A stretch of 64,000 nucleotides of DNA. Origin: Candidatus Binatia bacterium (GTDB lineage Bacteria; Desulfobacterota; Binatia; UBA1149; JAJCZL01). The notes under the pieces are model-generated. The model saw only the letters and a program-made list of their open reading frames with translations, was not told where the DNA came from and did not search any database. Position numbers and translations under genes: made by a program. Positions 1 to 9,709 of this stretch are shown in pieces. How positions within the stretch are numbered: the stretch's first letter is position 1; each line of letters starts with the position of its first letter. The DNA lies in contig JANQEO010000361.1 in NCBI GenBank assembly GCA_028278325.1, positions 202 through 64,201 on the forward strand, read 5' to 3'.

Positions 1-1120
1 GGCGATCGCCGGACGTCCGCCGGTCGCCGATCGTCCGCCTGCGGCAGATGGAGCGGCGCAGAAACCGCATGACCGTCCACGCGCGGAGGATTAGCCAGAA
101 GTACAGCATTCCGGAGACCAGAAAGGACCCGGCAAGCAGGAGGTCCGAGACCCCGTACCAGGTGCCGGCGAGCCCCACCATGACCCCTATCGCGGCCAGG
201 CCACCCATCGTCAGCACGGTCTCCGTGACCGTGAAGCCGGCCATCAGGAAAACGTGGTGCAGGTGCTCCTTGTCGGCGCTGAAGATCGGCCGCCGCCGGA
301 GCAGCCGCCGGAATGTCATGCAGACGGCGTCGAATATCGGCAACGTCAGGAACCAGAGCGCGGCGGCGGGGGAAATCGCAGCGTCCGGGCCCTGTGAAAG
401 ACGGATGGCAAACCACGCAAGCGCCATGCCAAGCAGCATGCTGCCCGAGTCGCCCAAGAAGATCAGGGCCCTGCGCTTGCCGGGCACCGTTACGTTGAAC
501 AGCAGGAAAGCAATGATGCTGGCCGCGAAACACCACAGCAGCACCAGGTCCTTGCCGTTGCCCAGGAACAGTGTCGCGACGATGAATCCGAGGACCGGCA
601 CGAGACTCAGAGTGCCCGCAAGCCCGTCCAGCCCGTCGGACATGTTGACGGCGTTGATGAGCGCGACGATGGCGAACACCGTGAACGGTATGGCCAGCAC
701 CCCAAGGGACAGGGTTTCGCCGTCGAGCGCCATCGTTCCGAAGCTGCGCACGGCGACATTCGCGCCCAGAATGATGATCAACGCGGCGGCGACCTCACAG
801 ACGAGGCGAAAAAGCGGAGATAATCCGCGAAAATCGTCGGCGATGCCGAGCATGACCAGCACGCCCCCCGCCACGTAGAAGCTCGTATAATTGCCGAACG
901 CGCCGGTACCCGGAAAGACCCACTGCGAAACCACGTGAGCGGCAACGACGGCGATGTAGATCGCGATTCCGCCGACGACCGGAATCGACCCCTCGTGCAC
1001 CTTCCGCTCGTTCGGCACGTCGACCAGACCGAGCATCGGGGCAACGGGCCGCAGGCACAGGATCAACGCCGTCGTCGTCGCGAATGCCAAGATCGCGCTG
1101 ATGCAGAAAGACAGGATCAC
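1..1120 (-). CDS. MraY/WecA-family polyprenyl-phosphate N-acetylhexosamine-1-phosphate transferase (initiating enzyme). The 5' end is complete and the C-terminus runs off the window.
   Basis: This gene is absent from the ORF track because it has no stop inside the window. I translated the minus strand from GTG at 1120-1118; an in-frame TAA lies at 1144-1142. The product reads VILSFCISAILAF...VDVPNERKVHEGSIPVVGGIAIY...LGIADDFRGLSP...INAVNMSDGLDGLAG...FLGDSGSMLLG. These are the conserved loop motifs of the MraY/WecA family, set in a multi-TM protein. The listed 48..878 + ORF is its antisense shadow. Confidence 0.85.
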   Translation of the reverse strand, partial: MILSFCISAILAFATTTALILCLRPVAPMLGLVDVPNERKVHEGSIPVVGGIAIYIAVVAAHVVSQWVFPGTGAFGNYTSFYVAGGVLVMLGIADDFRGLSPLFRLVCEVAAALIIILGANVAVRSFGTMALDGETLSLGVLAIPFTVFAIVALINAVNMSDGLDGLAGTLSLVPVLGFIVATLFLGNGKDLVLLWCFAASIIAFLLFNVTVPGKRRALIFLGDSGSMLLGMALAWFAIRLSQGPDAAISPAAALWFLTLPIFDAVCMTFRRLLRRRPIFSADKEHLHHVFLMAGFTVTETVLTMGGLAAIGVMVGLAGTWYGVSDLLLAGSFLVSGMLYFWLILRAWTVMRFLRRSICRRRTIGDRRTSGDR

Positions 1121-1873
1121 AGCGTGTCTAGAATCGAATAATTAATCTTTCCCGCAGACGCCGATAGTTGCAGGTCGATGCCAACGATGGACGGCGCCAT
1201 AGCCGTCAGTTGTTTTTGCGACGCTTGATTGACCGATTGCAGTATGCCGACGACAGGCTAGCACCTCGGCGCTATGTCGTAAATGCCCTCCGGTTTCACC
1301 AACCGGGCGTTCTGACAAAACCCTTGGTCGATTGCAAACTCGCGACTGTACTCTATCGGGCCCCGACCAGTATGAATGTGGTCGAACAATTGAGGTCGTA
1401 ATGCGTTAGATCGCGCCACCTTTGCGCCGATTGTTCCCGGGCGATTTCGTCCGTCCGCAGGTGTTGAAAATCTCAGAGTAGGTCGAAGCCGTTTTCCAGA
1501 ATCAGCGCTCGGTGCGTCGAGTTAGGCTCCCGGTAGATTAGATGGTCACGCCGCCACATCAAATTCCGTCAAACCGGTTCCAAAGAGCGACGACAACCGC
1601 TCCACAGTCTTGACAGCCCGTGAGACGTGAAGTCGATCTGGTGTGACATAATCCCGCGCGCGCCTAGCCATCGATACGGCACGGCGTAGGCGCCGCCCAA
1701 GTCGACTCCAAGCTCCAGCACCGAGTACTGAATCAACATGTCTATTGAGCCCGACTCGATCACGGAGTCGTCGGATCGCGGCACGGTGTACCGTATGCCG
1801 ACATCGCCGTTATCCTGACGTTGCAGCGCCCGCTGCCCGGGACACTGGTACCACCGTACTCTTCGTAATCGGA

Positions 1874-2947
1874 TTATTCGCGCTGGTAGAATTCGAAGCC
1901 TGTGTCCGAGACCGCCCGGGAGCGGTAGAAAGCATACCTGCCAAACCAGCGAAGGTAGGCAACGTGTCCAATCACCCGGGCGCCCACGTGCTTGCCCAGC
2001 GCAAGACTGGAATAGTTGGTTGTAGCAACGAACCCGATTCTGTCCGCGTAGCCCATCGTGGCCATGTAGTCGTCAGAGAAAAGCATTACCGCAGGCATAA
2101 TCCCGTTGCCGCGATAGTCAACGCGCGTGAACGATTTGTACGCGTAGCAGAAAGGTTCCTTCACCCGCACCCACAAATCGCCATTGTGAGGGGCCGTCGT
2201 GGTCGTTCGCCAGTAGTAGGCAACGATGACCTCGCCGTCGAATGCGCCGAACGCAATATCGCCGCGGGCGGTCGCGTCATCAACGAACCCACGATCGAGA
2301 CCGAGGTGCGGATCGTCAACGGCCGCGACCAGTTCGGCCGGCGCAACCCTGCGGATCTCCAAGCCCGGCAATCTGCACTGACCGGAGACCGAAATGTCCG
2401 GATCTCTCTTGCGCACGACGAACACGTGCAGGCCGAGCCATCGGCCGCTGATCCTCATGAACGCATGTTTCACGGTCCGCCACCAGCCCCATCGCTGTGC
2501 GTGTCCTCTTAGTCTTGTCAATTTCGGCAACATCGCTAGCGACTGTCTGTTGCAGGCTTGCCGATGAGCCTTCGTGTCGCCCCTGGCGGCGACCTGTACA
2601 TCGTCCACAATCGCGGGCATCGGATCGTTCCTTCGAAGAATATCAGACTGGTACCCGGGGTCGAAGGCCCGCAGGTATGCCCAGATCACTTTCCTCGAAT
2701 TGTACTCGGTCGTGCTGATGGGGGAAGGCCCGCCACCCAGGTAGTTCACAAGCAACGACATGTCCTCGGTGCGGTAATTGATGATGCCCCGCCCCTGCCA
2801 AGTATCGAACGGCGTCGGGCGCCTGTTGTTCGACGCCAGCATGTAAGCGCAGCGCAACGCGCTGTGGGAACCGTCTTGCCTGCGACTGCGAGACCGCGGT
2901 CTCAGCAGGACGGGCGCCTTCATCGCATTGAGCCGCGAGCTCGCCAA
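1874..2947 (-). CDS. GNAT-type acyltransferase (C-terminal domain); the N-terminal part is of unknown function and the start is uncertain.
   Basis: This is the 357 aa ORF. The C-terminal half contains YKSFTRVDYRGNGIMPAVMLFSDDYMATMGY, which resembles the GNAT acetyl-CoA-binding motif R-G-x-G-I. Several internal Met codons could be the true start. Confidence 0.5.
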   Translation of the reverse strand: MASSRLNAMKAPVLLRPRSRSRRQDGSHSALRCAYMLASNNRRPTPFDTWQGRGIINYRTEDMSLLVNYLGGGPSPISTTEYNSRKVIWAYLRAFDPGYQSDILRRNDPMPAIVDDVQVAARGDTKAHRQACNRQSLAMLPKLTRLRGHAQRWGWWRTVKHAFMRISGRWLGLHVFVVRKRDPDISVSGQCRLPGLEIRRVAPAELVAAVDDPHLGLDRGFVDDATARGDIAFGAFDGEVIVAYYWRTTTTAPHNGDLWVRVKEPFCYAYKSFTRVDYRGNGIMPAVMLFSDDYMATMGYADRIGFVATTNYSSLALGKHVGARVIGHVAYLRWFGRYAFYRSRAVSDTGFEFYQRE

Positions 2948-3229
2948 AGTCTGCTTCGCGTTGCTTCAGAACGACTCTCACTTCGATCCCCGTCAACACG
3001 AGCCGGCCTGCTTGTCGACATAGAATCTTGTGTGCAGTAGCCTTAATGATCGGCTTGCGATTTGCGCTCTTCGACGTTGGAACGGTATGGCAACATAATT
3101 CCGCCATTCGTCGCTCTAACGTCAGTCGACGGCAAACCAAACGAGGCTGCGGATTTCCGATCTATCCGCTTGTATTGCCGCCTGCCCGATCGGATACTCT
3201 GCGATCCTTGGCCGCAGGAAGCCTGATAC

Positions 3230-4171
3230 GTGGGACCATCGCACAACCGACTACCAAACCTGATTATCTGCGGTGTCCACAAAGCCGGCACGACGTCGCT
3301 GTTCAGCTATCTTGGCATGCACCCGGACATATGCGCGTCATACAAGAAGGAAATCGACTTTTTCAAACCGCTGTCGTCAGGCGAGGCGTTGCCACCCGAG
3401 ACGGAGTACGCCGGGCACTTTTCACACTGTGGCAAGCAAAGTTATCGTCTGGAAGCAAGTCCAAGTTACCTTTACGGCAAGGAGTCGATCGCCGGGGCCA
3501 TCCAGCGGCAGCTCGTAAATCCGAGGACAATCGCCATCCTGCGTGACCCTACTGATCGATTCGTCTCGTACTACAGCCGGGCCGTTTCATATTCCCTGAT
3601 CAGCGATGTGTCGAGTTTTGACGAGTACGTTTCTCTGTGCCTGCAGGAATTTCATTCCGGCGAAACGAGCCAGCACGCCCGGAATGTCCGTGACGACATT
3701 TACGTCGACTATATCGGATCTTGGCAGCAATGCTTCGGCGAGAGTCTACGCATCGTCTTTTTCGGTCACTTGCGGAGTAATTCGGGCTCCGTCGTTCGCG
3801 ACATCTGCCGATGGCTCGATCTGGACCCCGGCATGTTCTCACCGGGTGATTCCTCCATCGAGAACCGCACGCTGCACTACCGCCGCAAGGCACTCCATCG
3901 CCGGGTGCAAAACTGGTACGTGCGGCACGAGACGTTCTGGCGGCGGCACTACAACCTGAAGCGGGTGCTTCGCCGGTTCTACAACATCGCCAATTGCGCG
4001 TCATCCGGGAGCTCGCTCGAGGTCGTAGACGAAGAAGGGACGGCGCGCCTGAGGCGTCCTTACGAGCCATACAGCCTGCGGCTGTCGTCTCTCCTACGGG
4101 ACCGTCGCTGTATGCAGTTGCCTGCCTGGCTCGACGAGGCCATGACCGGGAATACGCGTGTCCAACCCTGA
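3230..4171 (+). CDS. PAPS-dependent sulfotransferase
   Basis: NLIICGVHKAGTTSLFSYL matches the 5'-PSB loop (PKxGTT-like). ILRDPTDRFVSYYSR matches the 3'-PB motif (R-x-P-x-D-R-x-x-S). The gene overlaps the next gene by 14 nt, which suggests an operon. Confidence 0.85.
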   Translation: MGPSHNRLPNLIICGVHKAGTTSLFSYLGMHPDICASYKKEIDFFKPLSSGEALPPETEYAGHFSHCGKQSYRLEASPSYLYGKESIAGAIQRQLVNPRTIAILRDPTDRFVSYYSRAVSYSLISDVSSFDEYVSLCLQEFHSGETSQHARNVRDDIYVDYIGSWQQCFGESLRIVFFGHLRSNSGSVVRDICRWLDLDPGMFSPGDSSIENRTLHYRRKALHRRVQNWYVRHETFWRRHYNLKRVLRRFYNIANCASSGSSLEVVDEEGTARLRRPYEPYSLRLSSLLRDRRCMQLPAWLDEAMTGNTRVQP

Positions 4172-5399
4172 CGGGAGCGCTGTCTGCATCGTCTACACCG
4201 CGGATCCCCTGGGCGATACGACGGGTGGCATCGACTCGATCATTCGCGGAGTTCTGCAGTATGCGCCTCCGGACATCCGAATGTCTGTCGTCGGCGTGAC
4301 AACAGATCGCCAACAGCGGCCGGTGCGCCGATGGACGGCCTGCAGCATTGCCGGACGAGCTTTCGACTTCTACCCTGTCGTCGGAATCAGGAACTCTACG
4401 AGCCAGGCCCGGATCCCCGTCACGCTGCGCTTCCTGGCGGCACTCGGGCTGCGGCGGCCGGCGATAAACGCCGACGTGCTGGAGTTTCATCGAATAGAGC
4501 CTTGCCTTGCGTTCCTGAAAGATCCCCGTCCCAAGACCCTCGTCATGCACCAGAACATGGAAGTCATCCGCAATGCGGAATCGGACATCCGCTGGAAGCA
4601 CTGGCCCGGCCTGTATTTCGGCCTGGAAGATCGTCTGCTGCCGAAGTTCGAGTCCGTGTACTGCGTGCGCGAGGATGCGGCGAAAGCGTACCGGGATCGG
4701 TATCCTGAACTCGCGGATCGATTCTCGTTCACGCCCACCTGGGTGGACACCCGACTGTTCAGCGAACCGGGGGTCGAGCAGCGCCGGCAGCAGCACCGGG
4801 GGATCCGGGAAGAATTCGGGTTTTCCGAGGATTCGTTCGTCCTGGTCACCGTGGGCCGGCTCGACAAGCAGAAGAACCCGCTGCGGCTGCTGGAGGCATT
4901 CCGTCTGCTCCAGGAGCGCATGCCGGATGCCCGGCTCGTGTACGTAGGCGAAGGCGTCCTGCGCGCACCGCTCGAAGACAAGGTGAAACAACTCGGTCTC
5001 GGGCCTGCCGTGAAGCTTGCCGGCGCGAAGCCGCCCGCGCAGGTCTCCCGGTACCTACAGGGCGCGGATATGTTCGTCCTGTCCTCGGACTACGAGGGCA
5101 TGCCGATTTGCGTGCTGGAGGCGCTGGCGTCGGGCCTGCCGGTGGCCTCGACGGCGGTCGGCGAGGTACCGCGTGTCGTGAAGCCGGGCGCCAACGGCGA
5201 ACTGGCGGGCGAGCTGACGGCAGACGCGCTCGCCAGCGCCATCGGGCGGTGCCGGGACCGGCTGGAAAGCTATGTCGGTGCGCCCGCCGTAGCCTCGATC
5301 CGGGAATTCACGCCTGCGACCGTCCTCTCGCCGATTTATGACAACTACCGGAAACTGGCAGGCCGGGCGCACCGGCAAACCCAGGGGTCGGCGCGGTAG
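4158..5399 (+). CDS. Glycosyltransferase family 4 (GT-B, retaining)
   Basis: The C-terminal segment FVLSSDYEGMPICVLEALASGLPVASTAVGEVPRVV is the E-x7-E region typical of GT4. Confidence 0.85.
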   Translation: MSNPDGSAVCIVYTADPLGDTTGGIDSIIRGVLQYAPPDIRMSVVGVTTDRQQRPVRRWTACSIAGRAFDFYPVVGIRNSTSQARIPVTLRFLAALGLRRPAINADVLEFHRIEPCLAFLKDPRPKTLVMHQNMEVIRNAESDIRWKHWPGLYFGLEDRLLPKFESVYCVREDAAKAYRDRYPELADRFSFTPTWVDTRLFSEPGVEQRRQQHRGIREEFGFSEDSFVLVTVGRLDKQKNPLRLLEAFRLLQERMPDARLVYVGEGVLRAPLEDKVKQLGLGPAVKLAGAKPPAQVSRYLQGADMFVLSSDYEGMPICVLEALASGLPVASTAVGEVPRVVKPGANGELAGELTADALASAIGRCRDRLESYVGAPAVASIREFTPATVLSPIYDNYRKLAGRAHRQTQGSAR

Positions 5400-5687
5400 A
5401 AACGAATGCGGCGAGGCGTTCCCACTATGCGACCATTCTTGCGATCGTTCGAGGAGCATTGTGGTTACTATGTGACGAGAAGGATCGCAAAAATGGCCCG
5501 AAGTGGGGGCTCCGCAGATCGTTCGGCGTCTAAGGCGCAGACCCCTTGCCATACTGCTCCGGAAACCGATCAGGGCTTTCCATTCTGCGACCTACGCAGC
5601 CCCAACCGGGATAGATTCGACTACAATTCAGCGCCGATCGGCGTATGGGCAGACCGCCGCATCGCGCAGCCATGGCAATAGGAACAC

Positions 5688-6473
5688 ATGAAACCCCTGC
5701 AACTGGAAACGGAGAGCATTAACGGATATCCCGTCTGCCGGGAATCGGCGCCTCACATCATTGAATCGATCATGGCGCACATCGAGGATACCGGCCGCCC
5801 TTGCCGCTATTTCAGCTGCCTCAATCCGCACTCGGCGGAGATGGCGGCCTCGGAGCCGGCGTTTCACGACGCCTTGCTCAATTCCGACATCCTGACGCCG
5901 GACGGGGTCGGTGTGGTCATCGTATCCAGACTGACGGGCGGCAACATCCACCGGCGGGTAACCGGCATGGACATCTTCGAGACGCTGACGCGACGCATGG
6001 ACGCGAACGGCGGCATGAGCTGTTTCTTTCTCGGCTCCACGGAGGAAACGCTGGCGAAAATCCGCGCACGCATGGCTGCGGATTATCCGGGAGTGACCGT
6101 CGCCGGCACGCTCTCCCCACCGTTCAAACCCGCGTTCGATGCCGCCGACTCCGAGGAAATGCTCGGGCGCATAAACGAATCCGGCGCCGACGTGCTGTGG
6201 GTAGGACTGACCGCCCCGAAGCAGGAGAAATGGCTGCACGAGCATCGCGACCGGCTCGACGTCGCCTTTGCCGGCGCGATCGGCGCGGCCTTTGATTTCT
6301 ACGCGGGCAATATTCGACGGGCCGGTCCCGTCTTGCAGAACCTGGGGCTCGAATGGCTTCCGCGTCTGCTTCAGGAGCCGCGCCGGCTGTGGAGGCGCTC
6401 GCTTGTGTCGGCGCCCCGGTTTTTCATACGCAGCCTTCGTCATCGACCGTCGGAAACCCATGGCGGGAGATGA
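5688..6473 (+). CDS. WecB/TagA/CpsF-family glycosyltransferase (GT26, ManNAc/ManNAcA-type transferase)
   Basis: The product contains LNPHSAEMAASEPAFHDALLNSDILTPDGVGVV...FFLGSTEETL...GADVLWVGLTAPKQEKWL...GAAFDFYAGNIRRAP-like. This matches the characteristic GT26 layout. Confidence 0.85.
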   Translation: MKPLQLETESINGYPVCRESAPHIIESIMAHIEDTGRPCRYFSCLNPHSAEMAASEPAFHDALLNSDILTPDGVGVVIVSRLTGGNIHRRVTGMDIFETLTRRMDANGGMSCFFLGSTEETLAKIRARMAADYPGVTVAGTLSPPFKPAFDAADSEEMLGRINESGADVLWVGLTAPKQEKWLHEHRDRLDVAFAGAIGAAFDFYAGNIRRAGPVLQNLGLEWLPRLLQEPRRLWRRSLVSAPRFFIRSLRHRPSETHGGR

Positions 6474-6660
6474 GGAGAGTATCGGCTTGAGGGACGAACG
6501 GTCGCCGAGTGTTCATCATCGGCGGGTCCCGGACCGGCTCGGACGTGGATCCCAGTTCACTCGAACGCTGGAGAACCTCGCTGAATCCGCTGACGGCGGG
6601 GACGATCGAGCTGATGCATCCTTTCGCGCGGCGCCGCCTCGGCTATCGTCGGTGAACTGA

Positions 6661-8535
6661 ATGTGTGGCATCACCGGCATCTGGCGACGCAAGGTCGGGC
6701 CCGCAGACCTTCAGGGTGAGCTGGAAGAGTCGGTCGCATCCATGCGCCATCGCGGTCCGGACGACAACGGCATCTGGCAGAATGCCTCCGGGCTAGGGTT
6801 CGGATTCACACGCTTGTCGATTCTGGACCTGTCGGAACTCGGCCACCAGCCGATGATTTCTCCGGACGGACGTTACGTGCTCGTATTCAACGGCGAAGTC
6901 TATAACTTCGCCGAGATCCGCAGGGACCTTGTCGGCCTCGGACACAATTTCGCCGGCAGCGGGGATACCGAAGTAATCCTGCACGCCCTTGCGGAATGGG
7001 GCTCACAAGCTGTCGAGCGGTTTGTCGGCATGTTCGCATTTGCTATTTGGGATGAGCGCGAGCAGCGACTCGAACTGGTACGCGACCGCGCGGGCGTCAA
7101 GCCTCTGCACTACGGCTGGGACGGCGAGACGCTGTGTTTTGGATCCGAGTTGAAAGCGCTGCGAGCTTACCGGCACTGGCGCCCGGAGGTCGACCGGCAG
7201 GCACTGGGTGAATTTCTGCAATACGGCTATGTCGCCGGCGACCGCACGATCTACCGGGGTATCCGCAAGCTCGAGCCGGGACATCGGCTCGTCCTCGAAG
7301 CCGGCGGAGAACCGCGTCTGGAGCGCTACTGGTCCGTGGACGACGCAGTGCGGGATGCCGCGACGGGCAGCGATGCCGATCTCGAAGCGGAGCTCGAAGC
7401 CCTGCTCATCGAATCCTGCCGCCTGCGCATGGTCTCGGATGTGCCGGTCGGCGTGTTCTTGTCGGGCGGCGTCGATTCGTCGCTGGTCACCGCGCTGCTC
7501 GCCAAACACCACGACAGGGAGATCCGCACCTTCACTATCGGCTTTGGCGCGGACAGCCACGACGAATCGCAATGGGCAAAGAAGGTCGCCGATCACTGCG
7601 GTACGCGGCATACCGAGTACATATTGAGCAGCGACGAAGGCCTCTCGATTGCCAAGGATTGGGGCTCGCTGTTCGATGAACCGTTCGGCGACCCCTCCGG
7701 TATCCCGACACTGCTGGTCTCGAGGCTCGCGCGCGAGCAGGTGAAGGTCGTGTTGTCGGCCGACGGCGGCGACGAGTTGTTCAGCGGTTATCGTGTCTAC
7801 GACAGCGTGCTGGAAAGGATGCAGAGTCTGTCTCGTGTGCCCCGCTGGCTGGGCACCGCTGCTGCCGGCGCAACATCAAGTCTCCTCCCCGCTCTTTCCG
7901 GTCGGATCTCCGAGCGGCGGCACCGTCAGCTGCGCCATTTCGGGCAGATGATGGCAAGCCCGACTCCGGGCCGGGTCATGGACATCCGGCTATCGCACTG
8001 GCAACCCGCGGACGTGGACCGCCTGATCGACGGCTATCGGCCACTGCGTCCCCTGGCCGACGACTATCCGGGCCGCGCCGATCAGCAGATGAGCTTGTGG
8101 GATATTCACCACTACCTTCCCGAGGATATCCTGACCAAGGTGGACCGAACGACGATGGCGGTGAGCATGGAAGGGCGTGAACCCCTGCTCGATCATCGCC
8201 TGATGGAATTCGCGCTAGCACTGCCGCTGCATCTCCGGCGCGGCGAACTGGGGCCGAAACACCTGCTGAAGCGGATTCTGCACAGGCACGTGGCCCGCGA
8301 GCTGGTCGATCGCCCCAAGCAGGGTTTCGGCATTCCGCTGGATGACTGGTTGAAACGGGATCTCAGACCGCTGGTGCAGGAATACCTGGCGGCGGATCGA
8401 ATTCGCAACGCGGGCCTGTTCGACCCTGCGACCGTCCGCGAGACAGTCGAGGCTTTCTACCATGGACGGGCGACGCAGAGTACGCCGCTTTGGTTCCTTT
8501 TGGCCTTCGAGATGTGGCGCGAACAGTGGGGCTGA
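6661..8535 (+). CDS. asnB: Asparagine synthase (glutamine-hydrolysing)-family amidotransferase, of the type associated with EPS loci
   Basis: The N-terminal MCGITGIW carries the Ntn catalytic Cys2. VGVFLSGGVDSS is the PP-loop. The length is 624 aa. Amidotransferases of this type are known companions of XrtA/PEP-CTERM EPS loci. Confidence 0.9.
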   Translation: MCGITGIWRRKVGPADLQGELEESVASMRHRGPDDNGIWQNASGLGFGFTRLSILDLSELGHQPMISPDGRYVLVFNGEVYNFAEIRRDLVGLGHNFAGSGDTEVILHALAEWGSQAVERFVGMFAFAIWDEREQRLELVRDRAGVKPLHYGWDGETLCFGSELKALRAYRHWRPEVDRQALGEFLQYGYVAGDRTIYRGIRKLEPGHRLVLEAGGEPRLERYWSVDDAVRDAATGSDADLEAELEALLIESCRLRMVSDVPVGVFLSGGVDSSLVTALLAKHHDREIRTFTIGFGADSHDESQWAKKVADHCGTRHTEYILSSDEGLSIAKDWGSLFDEPFGDPSGIPTLLVSRLAREQVKVVLSADGGDELFSGYRVYDSVLERMQSLSRVPRWLGTAAAGATSSLLPALSGRISERRHRQLRHFGQMMASPTPGRVMDIRLSHWQPADVDRLIDGYRPLRPLADDYPGRADQQMSLWDIHHYLPEDILTKVDRTTMAVSMEGREPLLDHRLMEFALALPLHLRRGELGPKHLLKRILHRHVARELVDRPKQGFGIPLDDWLKRDLRPLVQEYLAADRIRNAGLFDPATVRETVEAFYHGRATQSTPLWFLLAFEMWREQWG

Positions 8536-8548
8536 GCCCGGACGATCG

Positions 8549-9679
8549 TCAACTGCGAAACAGCGTCTTGTAGCCAAGCAACATGCTTTCGAATCGGAAT
8601 CGCTGGATGACCCGTTCTCGCGCGGCATAGCCTATTCGCCGTCGCAGAGACGGGGAGTCGTAGAGCTCGGAGAGAATTCGGGTCAACGCGTCGCAGTCTC
8701 CGGATTCGAACAGGAATCCGCTCTCACGATTCTCGACCATCTCGCTGGCACCGCCGATGTTGCTCAGCACAACCGGTCTCTCAAGGGACATAGCCTCCAG
8801 TGCTGCGTTAGAAAACGTCTCGACGGCGCGAGATGGCAACACGAACATGTCCATGGCCGAAAGTGCGGGCCTGACGTCAGATAGCACCCCGGCGAACACC
8901 ACTTTGTCAGACAATCCCGATTGCTGCGCAACGGCTGCCAGTGCAGGTTTCTCGGCACCTTCCCCCACAAGTAGTAGGTACGCGTCGCGGCCGGCGTCGT
9001 TCAGTGCCGCGACCGCACGGATCAGCAACGCGAAGTCCTTTTCCGGCGCCAGCCGCCCAACGCCGCCGACCACCACGACTCCATCGGGAATCGAGAGGTC
9101 GGCACGAAAGGCCCTTGAACTCGCATCCGATATTTCGGGCGAAAAGCGCTCCACGTCCACGCCGTTGTAGATGAACGAGGATCTCTCCGCGCTAAGCCGG
9201 TACTTACGAGTCCAGGTCTGCAGCTGAGCCTCGCATCCGAAGACAATACGATCGCAACGGCGAAGGAACGGCGCGTACAAGTGTCCCCATATCCACTGCC
9301 CGTCGACGAACTCGGTGGTATTGACCATGGCGACCGCCCTGCCTCGTTTCGGCCGCCGATGCCGCGCGGCCGGCAGCACGTAGAGCACGGGATAGAAGTT
9401 GATCGAGACGAGCGTGTCGTAATCTTTGTCGGCAAGCCGCCTCAGACGCCTAAGGCTGTTCGTCGAGTACTTGCTGCGACGCTGCAGATTGTAGACAGGC
9501 ACGTCCGCGTCGATTCGTTCCAGCAGCGTCTCAGGCGGGTTCAGGTAAGCAATTCCTATCGGAAACCCTTGCCGATTCAGTGCGTTAGCAATACTAACGA
9601 TCTTCGTTTCGGAACCGCCAACTTCCAATGTTCCCAGCACAAACAGTACAGACGGCTCGCCTGTCATTCCTCTCACCAA
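8549..9679 (-). CDS. Glycosyltransferase family 4
   Basis: The product contains VLFVLGTLEVGGSE near the N-terminus and FVLPSRAVETFSNAALEAMSLERPVVLSNIGGASEMV as the E-x7-E region. The ATG at 9667 is an alternative start. Confidence 0.85.
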   Translation of the reverse strand: MVRGMTGEPSVLFVLGTLEVGGSETKIVSIANALNRQGFPIGIAYLNPPETLLERIDADVPVYNLQRRSKYSTNSLRRLRRLADKDYDTLVSINFYPVLYVLPAARHRRPKRGRAVAMVNTTEFVDGQWIWGHLYAPFLRRCDRIVFGCEAQLQTWTRKYRLSAERSSFIYNGVDVERFSPEISDASSRAFRADLSIPDGVVVVGGVGRLAPEKDFALLIRAVAALNDAGRDAYLLLVGEGAEKPALAAVAQQSGLSDKVVFAGVLSDVRPALSAMDMFVLPSRAVETFSNAALEAMSLERPVVLSNIGGASEMVENRESGFLFESGDCDALTRILSELYDSPSLRRRIGYAARERVIQRFRFESMLLGYKTLFRS

Positions 9680-9709
9680 TCCGCAGCCGAACTATGCGAC
9701 AGTGTATCG

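Noticed and set aside
48-878. 276 aa plus-strand ORF at the left edge of the window.
   Set aside because: It is antisense to the clearly recognisable WecA/MraY-family gene (1-1120, minus). Its Arg/Pro/Ser/Thr-rich composition is typical of a shadow ORF in high-GC DNA.
1121-1873. Short minus-strand ORF fragments in different frames in the lower-GC spacer. Examples are MWRRDHLIYREPNSTHRALILENGFDLL at 1473-1559 and FDHIHTGRGPIEYSREFAIDQGFCQNARLVKPEGIYDIAPRC at 1258-1386. They might be remains of a decayed gene.
   Set aside because: I cannot connect any fragment to a known family, and none has a convincing start or RBS. The region may simply be promoter and spacer DNA. A blastx of 1121-1873 would settle it.
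3600-4991. 463 aa minus-strand ORF overlapping the sulfotransferase and GT4 genes.
   Set aside because: It is antisense to two motif-supported plus-strand genes. Its low-complexity Arg/Pro-rich translation marks it as a shadow ORF.
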